Positions 39,209 to 50,056 of a stretch of DNA of 64,000 bases are shown here, one piece after another. Position 1 is the first letter of the stretch; the number at the start of each line of letters is the position of its first letter. The notes below the pieces were generated by a model. It searched no databases. It was not told the origin of the DNA and saw nothing but the letters and a program-made list of their open reading frames with translations. The position numbers and the translations under genes were made by a program. This DNA is from an uncultured delta proteobacterium (lineage in GTDB: Bacteria > Myxococcota > B64-G9), in NCBI GenBank assembly GCA_963754925.1, contig CAVWHX010000006.1:32001-96000 (forward strand), written 5' to 3'.

Positions 39209-40476
39209 GCGCCACCCTGGTGTTGCTCAAGAATCGCCGGCCGGGACAGACGGCCTTCCTCGCGGAATATCAGCGGGCCGGCGGCTACCAGGCCTTGCGT
39301 CAGGCAGTGGGTAACATGGAGCCCGCGGCGATCCGCACGTTGGTGCTGGATTCCGGCTTGCGGGGACGCGGCGGGGCTGGGTTTCCCACCGGACGCAAAT
39401 GGTCGTTTTTCCCGTCCGATTCCCCGGGCGAGAAGTACCTGGTATGCAACAGCGACGAGATGGAGCCAGGCACTTACAAGGATCGCATTCTGATCGAGTC
39501 CGATCCGCACCTGTTGGTCGAGGGGATGGCGCTCGCGGCGTACGCCATGGGCATTCCGGTGGGCTACATCTTTATTCGCTACGCGTACGAGCCCTATGCG
39601 CGGTATCTGGAGCGAGCCATCGCCGAGGCTACCGAAGCCGGCTTTCTCGGCGCGAACATCCTGGGCTCGGGTTTTTCCTTCGAGCTGCGCGTCCATCGCA
39701 GCGCCGGACGCTATATCTTGGGCGAGGAAAGCGCCCTGCTCAACGGTCTCGAGGGCATTCGTCCCAATCCGCGCCTGCGGCCTCCGTTCCCGGCGCAACG
39801 CGGTCTGTTCGGGCGGCCGACCACGGTACAGAACGTCGAGACGCTCTGCAACATTCCCGGCATCGTGCAGCAGGGCGCCGCCTGGTTCCGTTCGCTGGCG
39901 CTCGTCACGGAAGGCGCCGGAACCAAGTTGTTCGGACTATCGGGACACCTGAACCGAACCGAGTGCTTCGAGCTGCCCCTGGGAATTCCCTTGCGCCAGG
40001 TGATCGAGGAATCGGGTGGCGGGGTATGGAAAGGGCGGCGCTTCAAGGCCTGCCTGCCCGGCGGCGCCTCGACGCCCTACCTGCGTGAGGACCACCTGGA
40101 CGTGCCCATGGATTTCGCCGCCCTGGAAAAAGTGGGCAGTCGGCTGGGCACGGCCGGGGTCACGGTGTTTGATGACCGCACCTGCATGGTGCAGGCCACC
40201 CGCAACTTGATTCGCTTTTTTACCCGCGAGAGCTGCGGTTGGTGCACCCCCTGCCGCGAGGGTTTGCCGTTTGTCGGTTACCTGCTCCAGAAGATCGAAG
40301 ACGGGCAGGGCACGGCGGAGGACGTGGAGATTCTGAAGCGCCAGATTCCGACCATCAACCAGTCGTTTTGCGCGCTGGCGGTGGGAGCCATGGAACCGCT
40401 GGCGAGCCTCCTACGGTTATTCGAGGAAGAGGTGCTGGCCCATGTGAAGATCGGCCGGTGCCCGCTGCGGAGCTGA
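39205..40476 (+). CDS. nuoF: NADH-quinone oxidoreductase subunit F
   Basis: GRGGAGFPTG, DEMEPG, ESCGWCTPCREG. Confidence 0.96.
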   Translation: MSATLVLLKNRRPGQTAFLAEYQRAGGYQALRQAVGNMEPAAIRTLVLDSGLRGRGGAGFPTGRKWSFFPSDSPGEKYLVCNSDEMEPGTYKDRILIESDPHLLVEGMALAAYAMGIPVGYIFIRYAYEPYARYLERAIAEATEAGFLGANILGSGFSFELRVHRSAGRYILGEESALLNGLEGIRPNPRLRPPFPAQRGLFGRPTTVQNVETLCNIPGIVQQGAAWFRSLALVTEGAGTKLFGLSGHLNRTECFELPLGIPLRQVIEESGGGVWKGRRFKACLPGGASTPYLREDHLDVPMDFAALEKVGSRLGTAGVTVFDDRTCMVQATRNLIRFFTRESCGWCTPCREGLPFVGYLLQKIEDGQGTAEDVEILKRQIPTINQSFCALAVGAMEPLASLLRLFEEEVLAHVKIGRCPLRS

Positions 40477-40481
40477 ACGTT

Positions 40482-42881
40482 ATGCCGACCTTGACCATCG
40501 ATAACCGAACCGTTACTGTGCCGCCCGGGTTCAACGTGCTCCAGGCCGCGCAGGCGTTGGGCATCGTTATACCGCACTACTGCTATCATGAAGCCCTGGG
40601 AGCGGTGGGGGCCTGCCGGTTTTGCGCCATGAGCTTTCTCGATGGGCCCATCAAGGGCCTCAGGATGTCCTGCCTAGTCGAGGCCCTAGACGGCATGGTA
40701 GTGTCGACGCTGGATCCGGCAGCCCAAGAGATGCGCCGCAGCGTGACCGAATGGCTGATGATCAATCACCCGCACGACTGCCCCGTGTGCGACGAAGGCG
40801 GCGAGTGCCAATTGCAGGACATGACGGTGGCGAGCGGGCACGGCATCCGCCGCTATCGCGGACGCAAACGCACGTTCAATAACCAAGATCTGGGACCTTT
40901 CATTGAGCACGAGATGAACCGCTGCATCCAGTGTTATCGCTGTGTGCGCACCTATCGCGATTATTGCGGCGGCGACGACTTCGGCGTGCTGGGAGTTAAC
41001 CAGCGCGTGTATTTCGGCCGCTTCAAAGAGGGACGGTTGCAAAGCCCGTTTTCCGGAAACCTGGTCGATGTGTGCCCCACCGGCGTGTTTACCGACAAGA
41101 CCTTCCGGTTCAGAGCGCGGCCCTGGGACCTCCAGGAAGCCCCTTCCGTTTGCCCGCACTGCTCGCTCGGCTGCGCGCTGATTCCCGGTGCCTGCCAGCG
41201 TGAGCTTCGGCGGGTGCGTTCCGGAGTCAACCGCGAGACCAACGGGTTTTTTATCTGCGATCGCGGACGGTTCGGTTACGGCCTCGCCAATCATCCAGAG
41301 CGCCCGCGGATGCCGATTCGGGAGGGCAGGGAGGCGTCCTGGGATCAGGCGCAGTCGTTCGTCCGGGAGCAGCTCGCAGCGCTCGTACGGCGTCACGGTT
41401 CGAACAGCGTAGCCTTCCTGGGTTCGCCGCGCGCTTCGCTTGAAGCCAACGGCGCCTTGCTCCTGTGGTCGCGGGAGTTGAAAAGCGATCGCCTATGCTT
41501 CGAGTGCCATCCCCGGCGAGATCGTGCTGCGCGCGCATGCGCCGGCGGTTTGGGCGAGCGCGCTCGCTCCCTCCAGGAAATCCGCGGCAGCGACTTTGTG
41601 ATGGCGTTCGGATTGGATCCGTTGGCCGAGGGGCCGTTGGTAGCGTTGGCTCTTCGTCAGGCGGCGCGGGCGGGAGGCTCTGTGGCCGTACTGGATCCGC
41701 GGCCGGTTATGCTTCCCAGCGCGTTCGAACACCTGCCGCTGCAGCCTGAAAAATTGGCCGAGGTTCTTTCGGCGATGGGCGGCGGATTGCTGAGAAGCGT
41801 TACTCCCGCCGAGGCGGAGGTATTGAAGTCGTTGAGAAGGCGCCTACAGGAGGCCCGGCGACCGATGCTTCTGGGCGGCGTTGATCTGCTGGGGCCGGAG
41901 GGAGTCGCCCGATTGCTGCAGGCCGCCGCGTACCTTTCGACCGCGGAACGTCCTTGCGGGGCGTCTGTGGTGCTGGCCGGTCCCAACAGCTTCGGCGGCG
42001 CACTTTTGGCCGAGGCCGGGCCGGACTTCGATGAGCTGCTCGCGGGTATCGAGAACGGGCAGATACGGGCGCTGGTCTGCCTCCAGGCCGACCCGCTCTC
42101 GGATCATCCCGAACATGCCCGAGTCGCATCGGCCCTTGCCAAGCTGGAACTGCTGGTGGTGCTCGACTGCGTACCCTCGTCAACCGCCGGCCGCGCCACG
42201 GTGTTTCTGCCGACCACGGTCACGGCTGAGGAAGAAGGGACCTTCGTCTCCCATGAAGGCCGGATGCAGCGCTACGCCAAGGTATTTTTCCCGGGCCTGC
42301 CGATCCGGGTGACCGGTGCGGGCGATCATCCGCCGCGGACATTCTTCCAAGAAACGCCGGGAGACCTGCCGCGGCCCGCCTGGGAGACCCTGGAGGTTCT
42401 CGCTGGCCGGGCTCCTGCGATCGAGGATCTGCGTCTCCGGATAGAAGCGCACCATGGCCGTTTCTCAGGACTGGTGAGCCTCGAAGCCGCCGATAACGGA
42501 AAACGACTCAGCGGCGCCGCGCAGGCAGCGGGAACGGCGGCGAAAGCGGCCGTCGGATCGGAAAGCGGGCTGCGTCTTTTGGTGACCGAAGCCTTGTTTG
42601 GTTCCGAGGTGCTCAGCTCATACTCACAAGCCTTGGAAGCGGTTAATCCGGTGCCGACTGCGGTGTTGCACGCCCAGGACGCCGCGGCCCTCGGTATCGC
42701 CGAGGGCGATCTGGTCAGGGTTTCCTGGCCAAACGGCAGGGTTGAGCTGAGAGTGCGGTTGTCTCAGCGCATGGCGCGCAGACTGGTCGTGGTGCCGCGT
42801 TTGCGGCGGACCGTGCTTCAGGACCTCGTGCCGGGAAGTTCGCTTATGCCCTGCAAACTGGAGAAAGGAGCGCCCGGATGA
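40482..42881 (+). CDS. nuoG: NADH-quinone oxidoreductase subunit G
   Basis: HPHDCPVCDEGGECQLQD, RCIQCYRC, CPHCSLGC. Confidence 0.95.
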   Translation: MPTLTIDNRTVTVPPGFNVLQAAQALGIVIPHYCYHEALGAVGACRFCAMSFLDGPIKGLRMSCLVEALDGMVVSTLDPAAQEMRRSVTEWLMINHPHDCPVCDEGGECQLQDMTVASGHGIRRYRGRKRTFNNQDLGPFIEHEMNRCIQCYRCVRTYRDYCGGDDFGVLGVNQRVYFGRFKEGRLQSPFSGNLVDVCPTGVFTDKTFRFRARPWDLQEAPSVCPHCSLGCALIPGACQRELRRVRSGVNRETNGFFICDRGRFGYGLANHPERPRMPIREGREASWDQAQSFVREQLAALVRRHGSNSVAFLGSPRASLEANGALLLWSRELKSDRLCFECHPRRDRAARACAGGLGERARSLQEIRGSDFVMAFGLDPLAEGPLVALALRQAARAGGSVAVLDPRPVMLPSAFEHLPLQPEKLAEVLSAMGGGLLRSVTPAEAEVLKSLRRRLQEARRPMLLGGVDLLGPEGVARLLQAAAYLSTAERPCGASVVLAGPNSFGGALLAEAGPDFDELLAGIENGQIRALVCLQADPLSDHPEHARVASALAKLELLVVLDCVPSSTAGRATVFLPTTVTAEEEGTFVSHEGRMQRYAKVFFPGLPIRVTGAGDHPPRTFFQETPGDLPRPAWETLEVLAGRAPAIEDLRLRIEAHHGRFSGLVSLEAADNGKRLSGAAQAAGTAAKAAVGSESGLRLLVTEALFGSEVLSSYSQALEAVNPVPTAVLHAQDAAALGIAEGDLVRVSWPNGRVELRVRLSQRMARRLVVVPRLRRTVLQDLVPGSSLMPCKLEKGAPG

Positions 42882-43876
42882 ACGAAATATTATTCACCGG
42901 CCTCCTGATCCTGGTCAAACTGGTAGTCATTCTGGGGGTTGTCCTGACCGCCGCTGCCTATTTGGTGCTCATGGAACGCAAACTGTTGGCTCGGATGCAG
43001 CTGCGCTATGGGCCGAACCGGGTGGGCCCTTTCGGGACGCTGCAACCCTTGGCAGACGTGATCAAGATGATTACCAAAGAAGACGTCGTCCCGGCGCAGG
43101 CCGATCGGTTTGTGTTTCTGTTGGCCCCGGGGATCGCGGCGGTTACCGCCATACTCACCTTTGCGGTGGTGCCCTTCTCACCTCCCCTGCAGATATTCGG
43201 GCGCGAGATACCGATGGTCGTATGCGACCTGAACGTGGGGGTACTATTTTTCCTGGGGCTTTCCTCTCTGGGGGTCTATGGCGTGACCCTGGGGGGCTGG
43301 GCCTCCAACTCAAAGTATTCGTTGCTTGGGTCGCTGCGCGCATTGGCCCAGCTTATTTCCTACGAGCTGACCATGGGTCTGGCTCTTGTGCCGGTGATCC
43401 TCATGGCGCGCTCGTTCTCACTCACCGACATTGTCAACGCCCAAGAGCGAGTCCCCTTCATCGTCTATGCGCCAGTGTCATTCGTGATCTTCTTGGGGAG
43501 CGTTATGGCCGAGTCGCGGCGCGTGCCGTTCGACCTGCCCGAAGCGGAAAGCGAACTGACGGCCGGGTACCACACCGAGTATTCGGGCCTGCGCTTCGGC
43601 TTGTACTTTGTGGGCGAGTACATCAACATGATAGTCCTCGGTTCTCTCAGCGCGGTGTTCTTTCTGGGCGGCTGGCATGGTCCGTGGCTGCCGCCGATTG
43701 TTTGGTTCCTTATCAAGGTGTTTGCGATCGTTTTCATATTCATCTGGGTGCGCGGGAGTCTCCCACGGCTGCGCTACGATCAGCTGATGTATCTCGGCTG
43801 GAAAGTGTTCGTCCCGCTGGCGTTGGTAAATTTGTTGGTCACCGGTTTCGTGCTGCTTGTGGCGAGGGGAACATGA
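42878..43876 (+). CDS. nuoH: NADH-quinone oxidoreductase subunit H
   Basis: GPNRVGP, PFDLPEAESEL, PRLRYDQ. Confidence 0.96.
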   Translation: MNEILFTGLLILVKLVVILGVVLTAAAYLVLMERKLLARMQLRYGPNRVGPFGTLQPLADVIKMITKEDVVPAQADRFVFLLAPGIAAVTAILTFAVVPFSPPLQIFGREIPMVVCDLNVGVLFFLGLSSLGVYGVTLGGWASNSKYSLLGSLRALAQLISYELTMGLALVPVILMARSFSLTDIVNAQERVPFIVYAPVSFVIFLGSVMAESRRVPFDLPEAESELTAGYHTEYSGLRFGLYFVGEYINMIVLGSLSAVFFLGGWHGPWLPPIVWFLIKVFAIVFIFIWVRGSLPRLRYDQLMYLGWKVFVPLALVNLLVTGFVLLVARGT

Positions 43877-44403
43877 ATTTGTGGCGTAACATCAAGGGAA
43901 CGGTGCTTCCGTTCTGGGTGACGCTGCGTACCATGTTCCGCAGACCAGTGACCATCCAGTATCCGGAGCAGAAGCGTGTGCCTTCAGCGCGCTACCGGGC
44001 GCGGATTGTTCTCACCCGCGATCCCGACGGAGGGGAGCGCTGCGTAGCCTGCTACCTTTGCAGCGCCGCATGTCCAGTCGACTGCATCTCGATGCAGGCC
44101 GCGGAGGACTCAAACCATCGGCGCTATGCCGCTTGGTTTAGAATCAACTTCAGCCGCTGCATCTTTTGTGGCTTGTGCGCCGAGGCCTGTCCGACGCTCG
44201 CCATCCAGATGACCCCGGACTACGAAATATGCAAGCGCAATCCGCTCGACCTGGTCTACGAGAAGGAGGAATTATTGATAGCAAGCGGCGGCAAAGACGA
44301 CCGCTACAACTTCTACCGACATGCCGGTATCGGCGTGGTCAATCCGCGGGGCGGCAACGACGACGAAAATCCCCCCGAGGATATCCTCAGCAATATGCCC
44401 TGA
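43873..44403 (+). CDS. nuoI: NADH-quinone oxidoreductase subunit I
   Basis: Two CxxCxxCxxxCP motifs. Confidence 0.95.
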   Translation: MNLWRNIKGTVLPFWVTLRTMFRRPVTIQYPEQKRVPSARYRARIVLTRDPDGGERCVACYLCSAACPVDCISMQAAEDSNHRRYAAWFRINFSRCIFCGLCAEACPTLAIQMTPDYEICKRNPLDLVYEKEELLIASGGKDDRYNFYRHAGIGVVNPRGGNDDENPPEDILSNMP

Positions 44404-44412
44404 GAGGACAGC

Positions 44413-44934
44413 ATGCAGGCGATTTTGTTTTACACCTTGGGAGCAGCAGCGGTGACGGCGACGCTGTTGTGTGTTACCCGGCGCAATGTGGTGCACGCGA
44501 TACTGTATCTCGTCAACGCCCTCTTTTCGTTGGCACTCATGTTTTACCAACTGGGGGCGCCGTTGGTGGCCGCCTGGGAGGTGATCATTTACGCCGGCGC
44601 CATCATGGTTCTGTTCTTGTTCATCATCATGATGTTCGAGCCGACGCCCATAGCCGGAGTCAAAGGCAATGTCTGGTTGCGCTGGGGCCCGCTGATGCTG
44701 CTTTCAGGGGTGTTGTTGACGGTCACCGTCCTGCTGATGGCCGTCGATCCGGCGAGAAACAGCGGCGTGCCCAGCTACTATGCTTCGCCGCAGGTGTTCG
44801 GCTTTACGTTGTTTCATGAGTATGCCCTGGCGGTTGAAGTGATCTCGTTCCAACTGCTCTTTGCTGCAGTGGGCGCGTACTACGTCGGCCGCTCTGATCC
44901 GGAGGCGCACGCGAAGAAGGGAGAGCGGCGGTGA
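44413..44934 (+). CDS. nuoJ: NADH-quinone oxidoreductase subunit J
   Basis: YAGAIMVLFLFIIMM. Confidence 0.93.
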   Translation: MQAILFYTLGAAAVTATLLCVTRRNVVHAILYLVNALFSLALMFYQLGAPLVAAWEVIIYAGAIMVLFLFIIMMFEPTPIAGVKGNVWLRWGPLMLLSGVLLTVTVLLMAVDPARNSGVPSYYASPQVFGFTLFHEYALAVEVISFQLLFAAVGAYYVGRSDPEAHAKKGERR

Positions 44935-45236
44935 TCGTTCCGTTCGGCCATGTGCTGGTTATCTCGGCGATCCTGTTTTTTCTGGGGTTGTGGTGCGTCT
45001 TGGCCCGCCGCAACCTGATCCTGATACTGATTGGCGTCGAGGTGATGCTCAACGGCGTCGGCCTTACGTTGGTGGGGGCTTCGGCGCTGTGGGGCGTGGT
45101 GGACGGCCAAGTATTCGTGGTGTTTCTGATGGCGCTCACTTCTGCCGAGGTGTCCATATCGCTGGCCATGGTGGTGTATCTGAAGCGGCGCAAGGGCACG
45201 CTCGATCCGGACGAATTCGACGCAATGAAAGGATGA
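44931..45236 (+). CDS. nuoK: NADH-quinone oxidoreductase subunit K
   Basis: RRNL...EVMLN...GQVF...AEVSI. Confidence 0.93.
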   Translation: MIVPFGHVLVISAILFFLGLWCVLARRNLILILIGVEVMLNGVGLTLVGASALWGVVDGQVFVVFLMALTSAEVSISLAMVVYLKRRKGTLDPDEFDAMKG

Positions 45237-45237
45237 T

Positions 45238-47104
45238 ATGGAGGCGCCCCTGTTTCTGATTGTGTTGTTCCCGTTGGCCGGCGGAACGCTCAACGCCGTA
45301 GCGGGGATGCGCTTGCCACGGGCTCTTTCGAACGGCCTGGCGGTGGCGGGAGTGGTCCTCTCGGCGTTGCTGACGGCCTGGTTGTGGCCGCTTTCGGAAG
45401 GCGCGGGAACGCGCGTCACGCTGTTTACCTGGGTTGTTTCTGGTGAGGTCCGAGCCACGTTCGGCATTTTGTTCGACCACCTCGCGGCGCCGATGGCGCT
45501 CATGGTGACAGTGGTATCCTCGCTGATTCACCTGTACGCAGTCGGCTATATGAAGGATGAAGCCGACTACGCCCGCTTTTTCGCCCTGCTCAACTTCTTT
45601 GTCTTTGCCATGCTCACCATTGTGCTGGCCGATAATCTGGTGTTGTTGTTTCTCGGGTGGGAGGGCGTCGGTTTCCTGCTCCTACGCTTTAATCGGCTTT
45701 TGGTACCGCGAGCAGCGAAACGCCGATGCCGGACGCAAGGCCTTCCTGGTGACCCGCGTGGGCGACGTATTCCTGATGGTAGCCATCGTGTGGTTCTTCT
45801 CCTTGATCGGCACGGTTTCGATCCCCGAGATCAACGCCCGCGCCGCCGGTCTCGATCCGACGATCGTGACCATCCTGGCGCTGCTGTTGTTGGGCGGCGC
45901 GGTGGGCAAATCAGCGCAGTTGCCGCTGATGACCTGGTTGCCCGACGCCATGGCCGGTCCCACGCCGGTTTCGGCGCTCATACACGCCGCCACCATGGTT
46001 ACCGCTGGGGTGTACCTGTTGTGTCGCATGTTCCCGGTGGTCTCGCTCTCAGCCACGGCGATGGCGGTCATTTCGGTGGTGGGGGCCGGCACCGCCCTGT
46101 ACGCCGCCACGTGCGCCCTGGCGCAACGCGAGATCAAGCGGGTGTTGGCCTATTCAACCATGAGCCAGGTGGGCTTCATGTTCCTCGGGGTAGGGGCGGG
46201 GACGGTGGTCGGGGCCATGTTTCATTTGCTGACCCACGCGTTTTTCAAGGCGGTGCTCTTTATGGGTGCCGGCGTCATCATACACCTGACCGGCAACGAG
46301 AACGACATTTTCAAAATGGGCGGTTTGAGAAACAAGAACCCGCTTCTGTTCTGGAGCTTCTTGGCCGGGGCCGTTTGCCTTGCCGGAGTCCCGTTGACCG
46401 GAGGGTTCTTCTCCAAGGATGCTATCTTGGTGGCCGACCTTGCGGCCGGAACGCCGTTGGCCTTGGCCGCGGGTGCGTCAGCCCTGGTAGCCGCGCTCCT
46501 GACGGTCGTGTATACCTCCCGTTTGGTGATTCTGGTTTTCGCGGGCCAAGAACGCAGGCCCATAGGCCACCATTCGGTGCCGAACTTAATGCTTTGGACG
46601 CTTCCGCCGCTGGCCATCCTGGGACTCATGGGCGGGTTGATAAACCTCCCGCACTCTTGGGGCGGCTCGGAAATTCTCGGAAGATGGCTGGGCTTGCCTT
46701 CGGGCGCGGCTGAGACATCAACGGCCTTGGAATGGGGGATGGCGATTTTTACCGTAGGCCTGGTGATGGGGGGATGGTTGCTGGCCTGGAGGCGCTACCG
46801 GCTGTTGCGTTCGCCTTCGACCTCGATCGTGAGCTCGTTCTTACTTTCGGGTTGGCGAGCCGACCGGCTGGTTGAGTTGCTGGTGTTGGTGCCGTTCCGG
46901 GCGCTCGCAACGTTTTTCTGGAACGGCGTGGACGGCGCGGTGATCGACGGCGGGCTCGACCGTCTGGCCCGGACCTGCTGGTCGGGCGGAGAGTTGCTCC
47001 GGCGGTTGACCACCGGCCGGCTATCGAACTACCTAGCGGCCATGGCGCTTGGGTTGCTCACCATCCTAGCCTTGTTTGCCGCCCAGTTCTGGCTTGCTGG
47101 TTGA
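45238..47104 (+). CDS. nuoL: NADH-quinone oxidoreductase subunit L, one extra C at ~45675
   Basis: WEGVGF joins CSYALIGFW; KSAQLPL..WLPDAMAGPTPVSALIHAATMV. Confidence 0.93.
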
Positions 47105-47116
47105 GGAGATGCGGTA

Positions 47117-48610
47117 ATGGCCGTGCTTTCGTCGTTGCCGGTGCTGACCATCCTAGTGCTGCTGCCCCTGGTCGGAGCCAGCGCCTGCCTCGCGCTGCGT
47201 CGATCCGAGACAGCCTGCCGTTGGCTGGCTCTCGGGTCCACGGTAGCGGCGTTTGGCTTGAGCGGCTGGCTCTCGAGCGCGGCCGCGACGGCGGGGTCGA
47301 GGTGGTTGCGCTTCGAAGACTTCAGTTGGATTCCAAGACTCGGCATCCGCTTCACCCTCGGTCTGGACGGCCTTTCCCTGGTGCTGGTGCTGCTGACGTC
47401 GTTTCTGTTGGTGGTCTCGGTGCTCGTGAGCTGGCGGCGTGAGCAGGGTCATACGCCGCTATTTTACGCTGCGCTCCTGATCATGGAGTCGGGGATCTTG
47501 GGCGTATTCTTGGCCCTTGACCTTATTTTATTTTATCTGTTTTGGGAGATCATGCTCATCCCGATGTTCTTTCTGATCGGCATATGGGGACACGGCCGGC
47601 GCATCTACGCAGCGGTGAAATTTTTCCTTTTTACCTTGGCCGGCAGCCTGTTGATGCTGCTTGCCATTCTGTCGCTGTACGTGTTGCACGGACAGCAGAC
47701 CGGCCAGTACTCGTTCGCCCTCGAGGCGCTGAAGGCAACAGCGGTCCCCAACTCCCTCGCTCCCTGGCTGTTCGGCGCCTTTCTGGTGGCCTTTGCAGTC
47801 AAGGTGCCGTTGGTTCCCCTGCACACCTGGCTTCCCGACGCCCACACCGAGGCTCCCACCGCCGGCTCGGTCATCTTGGCCGGCCTGCTGCTCAAGACCG
47901 GGGTCTACGGGATCATGCGCTTCGGCTTTCCCTTGTTCCCGGGGCCTGCAAAGGCAAGCCTACCCTTGTTGGCCGCGCTCGCACTGGTCGGTATCTACTA
48001 TGGGGCCTGGGTGGCGTTTGCTCAGCGCGACGCCAAGAGATTGGTGGCCTACTCTTCGGTGGCGCATATGGGGCTTTTGATACTGGGCCTGACGGCCATG
48101 AACGCCATCGCCTGGGAGGGCAGCGTATTGCAGATGCTTAACCACGGCATCACCACCGGAGCGCTCTTTGCCCTGGTGGGCATGATCGACGAGCGGGCGC
48201 ATACGAGGCGCATCGACGAGCTCGGCGGTCTGTGGGCGCGGGCGCCGGTCCTATCCGGGTTCTTCCTGTTCTTCGCGCTGGCATCAATGGGGTTGCCGGG
48301 CTTGAACAACTTTGTCGGGGAGTTTTTGATTTTGGTCGGGACGTTTCAAACCCATCCATGGCTCGGCGCCTTGGCTGCCGGCGGCATGGTATTCGCGGCG
48401 GCGTACCTCTTACGTTTGATACAGGGGGTGCTCTGGGGCGCGCCGAAAGGTAACGAGCCGTGGTCAGACCTCACCTTCCGGGAAGGACTGGTGCTGGTAC
48501 CGATGGCTCTCCTAACGCTGTGGTTGGGAATCTATCCGGCACCATTCCAAGAGCCTACCGCCCGCCTGCTGCAGACGATGGTGAATGCCTTGACGGGAGG
48601 TTCTCCGTGA
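47117..48610 (+). CDS. nuoM: NADH-quinone oxidoreductase subunit M
   Basis: FWEIMLIP, PLHTWLPDAHTEAP, AYSSVAHMG. Confidence 0.95.
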   Translation: MAVLSSLPVLTILVLLPLVGASACLALRRSETACRWLALGSTVAAFGLSGWLSSAAATAGSRWLRFEDFSWIPRLGIRFTLGLDGLSLVLVLLTSFLLVVSVLVSWRREQGHTPLFYAALLIMESGILGVFLALDLILFYLFWEIMLIPMFFLIGIWGHGRRIYAAVKFFLFTLAGSLLMLLAILSLYVLHGQQTGQYSFALEALKATAVPNSLAPWLFGAFLVAFAVKVPLVPLHTWLPDAHTEAPTAGSVILAGLLLKTGVYGIMRFGFPLFPGPAKASLPLLAALALVGIYYGAWVAFAQRDAKRLVAYSSVAHMGLLILGLTAMNAIAWEGSVLQMLNHGITTGALFALVGMIDERAHTRRIDELGGLWARAPVLSGFFLFFALASMGLPGLNNFVGEFLILVGTFQTHPWLGALAAGGMVFAAAYLLRLIQGVLWGAPKGNEPWSDLTFREGLVLVPMALLTLWLGIYPAPFQEPTARLLQTMVNALTGGSP

Positions 48611-50022
48611 CGCTGCAAGACCTCGCCGGATTGCTGCCAGTGCTCACGCTCGCTTCGGGAAGCATCCTGTTGCTGTTGCTCGGGTTGTGGTGGCCACGGC
48701 GGCAGGCGTTGCTGTTCATCGGCGTTATCGTAGCGGCCGCGGCCGCGGTCGTTGCGTTGCTAACCGCGCCGTCGGCAGCCGAAGTCGGGGGCATGTTCTC
48801 GACCGGCGGCTACGCACGGTTTTTCGATGTCGTCTGGTCGTTGGTTGCGGCGGTTACGCTGCTCCTCTCCTGGCGCTACGCCGCAACGCGCGGGTTTTCG
48901 GGCGGGGAGTATGTTTCGCTGGTGTTATTCGCCGGCGCCGGCATGGCCCTGCTTTCCGCGGCCACATCGCTGGTGGGTCTTTTTGTCGGGCTGGAGGCGT
49001 TTACCCTGGTGCTGTATATCCTCATCGCGTTCGACAAGAAAAGCGGTGCCGGCGCCGAGGGCGGCCTCAAGTATCTCGTGCTCGGCGTCGTAACCACGAG
49101 CTCATTGGCGTTCGGGATCGCGCTCATCTTCGCCTCCTCCGGGACCTTCCACCTTCCCGAGGCCATGGCCGGGATAGCGGCGGGAACCGGGCTTCGGCCC
49201 CTGGGCCTGATCGGCTGGGCCCTGCTAGTGCTGACGGCCGGTTTCAAGGTTTCGCTCGTGCCGTTTCACTTCTGGACCCCTGACGTTTACCAAGGGGCGC
49301 CCGCGCCCGTGGCCGGGTTGCTCTCAGCCGGCTCCAAGGGAGCGGTGTTCGCGGTTCTGGTAACGCTCGCCGCCGGGATGGCCGCGCGCTGGCGGGATCT
49401 GTCCCCCGTATTGTGGTGGATTGCGGCCTTGACCATGCTGGTGGGAACCTTGAGCGCATTGTTCCAGGAAAACATAAAGCGCCTGCTGGCCTACTCCTCG
49501 GTGGTGCATATGGGTTATGTCCTGGTCGGTCTGTTGGCCGGCGGGACGGCCGGTCGGCAGGCGGTGGTCTTCTACCTTGTGTTCTACGCTATCGCAAGCC
49601 TGGCAACCTTCGGCGTGATCGCCTCGTTTTCGGATAGCAGCGGTGAACCAATGCTGGTCTCCGATTACCGCGGCGCCGGTTACCGCTATCCCTTCCGCGC
49701 GGCGGTGCTCACCGTGAGCTTGCTGGCGCTCGCGGGAATTCCCCCAACGGGGGGATTCATCGCCAAACTCAATGTATTTGGCGCGGCCATCCAGTCCGAC
49801 TACCTCGGGCTCGCGGTGCTCGCTATTGTGGCCTCGTTGATCTCGTTGTACTACTACCTGCGGATCATCATCGCCCTGTTCATGGTCGAGGAGCCCGGTC
49901 GAAAACTTCCCGCTACCGGCCCGGTGGAGACGCTCGCGCTCGGTCTCTGTCTGATCCTGATCCTGGCCTTGGGTGTGTTCCCCGGTCCGCTCCTCGATAT
50001 CATCGGACAGATTCTCGGGTAA
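48607..50022 (+). CDS. nuoN: NADH-quinone oxidoreductase subunit N
   Basis: FKVSLVPFHFWTPDVYQGAP, KRLLAYSS; GTGA overlap with nuoM. Confidence 0.95.
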   Translation: MTLQDLAGLLPVLTLASGSILLLLLGLWWPRRQALLFIGVIVAAAAAVVALLTAPSAAEVGGMFSTGGYARFFDVVWSLVAAVTLLLSWRYAATRGFSGGEYVSLVLFAGAGMALLSAATSLVGLFVGLEAFTLVLYILIAFDKKSGAGAEGGLKYLVLGVVTTSSLAFGIALIFASSGTFHLPEAMAGIAAGTGLRPLGLIGWALLVLTAGFKVSLVPFHFWTPDVYQGAPAPVAGLLSAGSKGAVFAVLVTLAAGMAARWRDLSPVLWWIAALTMLVGTLSALFQENIKRLLAYSSVVHMGYVLVGLLAGGTAGRQAVVFYLVFYAIASLATFGVIASFSDSSGEPMLVSDYRGAGYRYPFRAAVLTVSLLALAGIPPTGGFIAKLNVFGAAIQSDYLGLAVLAIVASLISLYYYLRIIIALFMVEEPGRKLPATGPVETLALGLCLILILALGVFPGPLLDIIGQILG

Positions 50023-50056
50023 CTGTTCCGACTCTTTAACTTTTCACGAGGGAACC

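Noticed and set aside
45238..47104. nuoL pseudogene or programmed frameshift
   Set aside because: Single extra C with no slippery motif in an otherwise intact operon; fits the window-wide indel pattern
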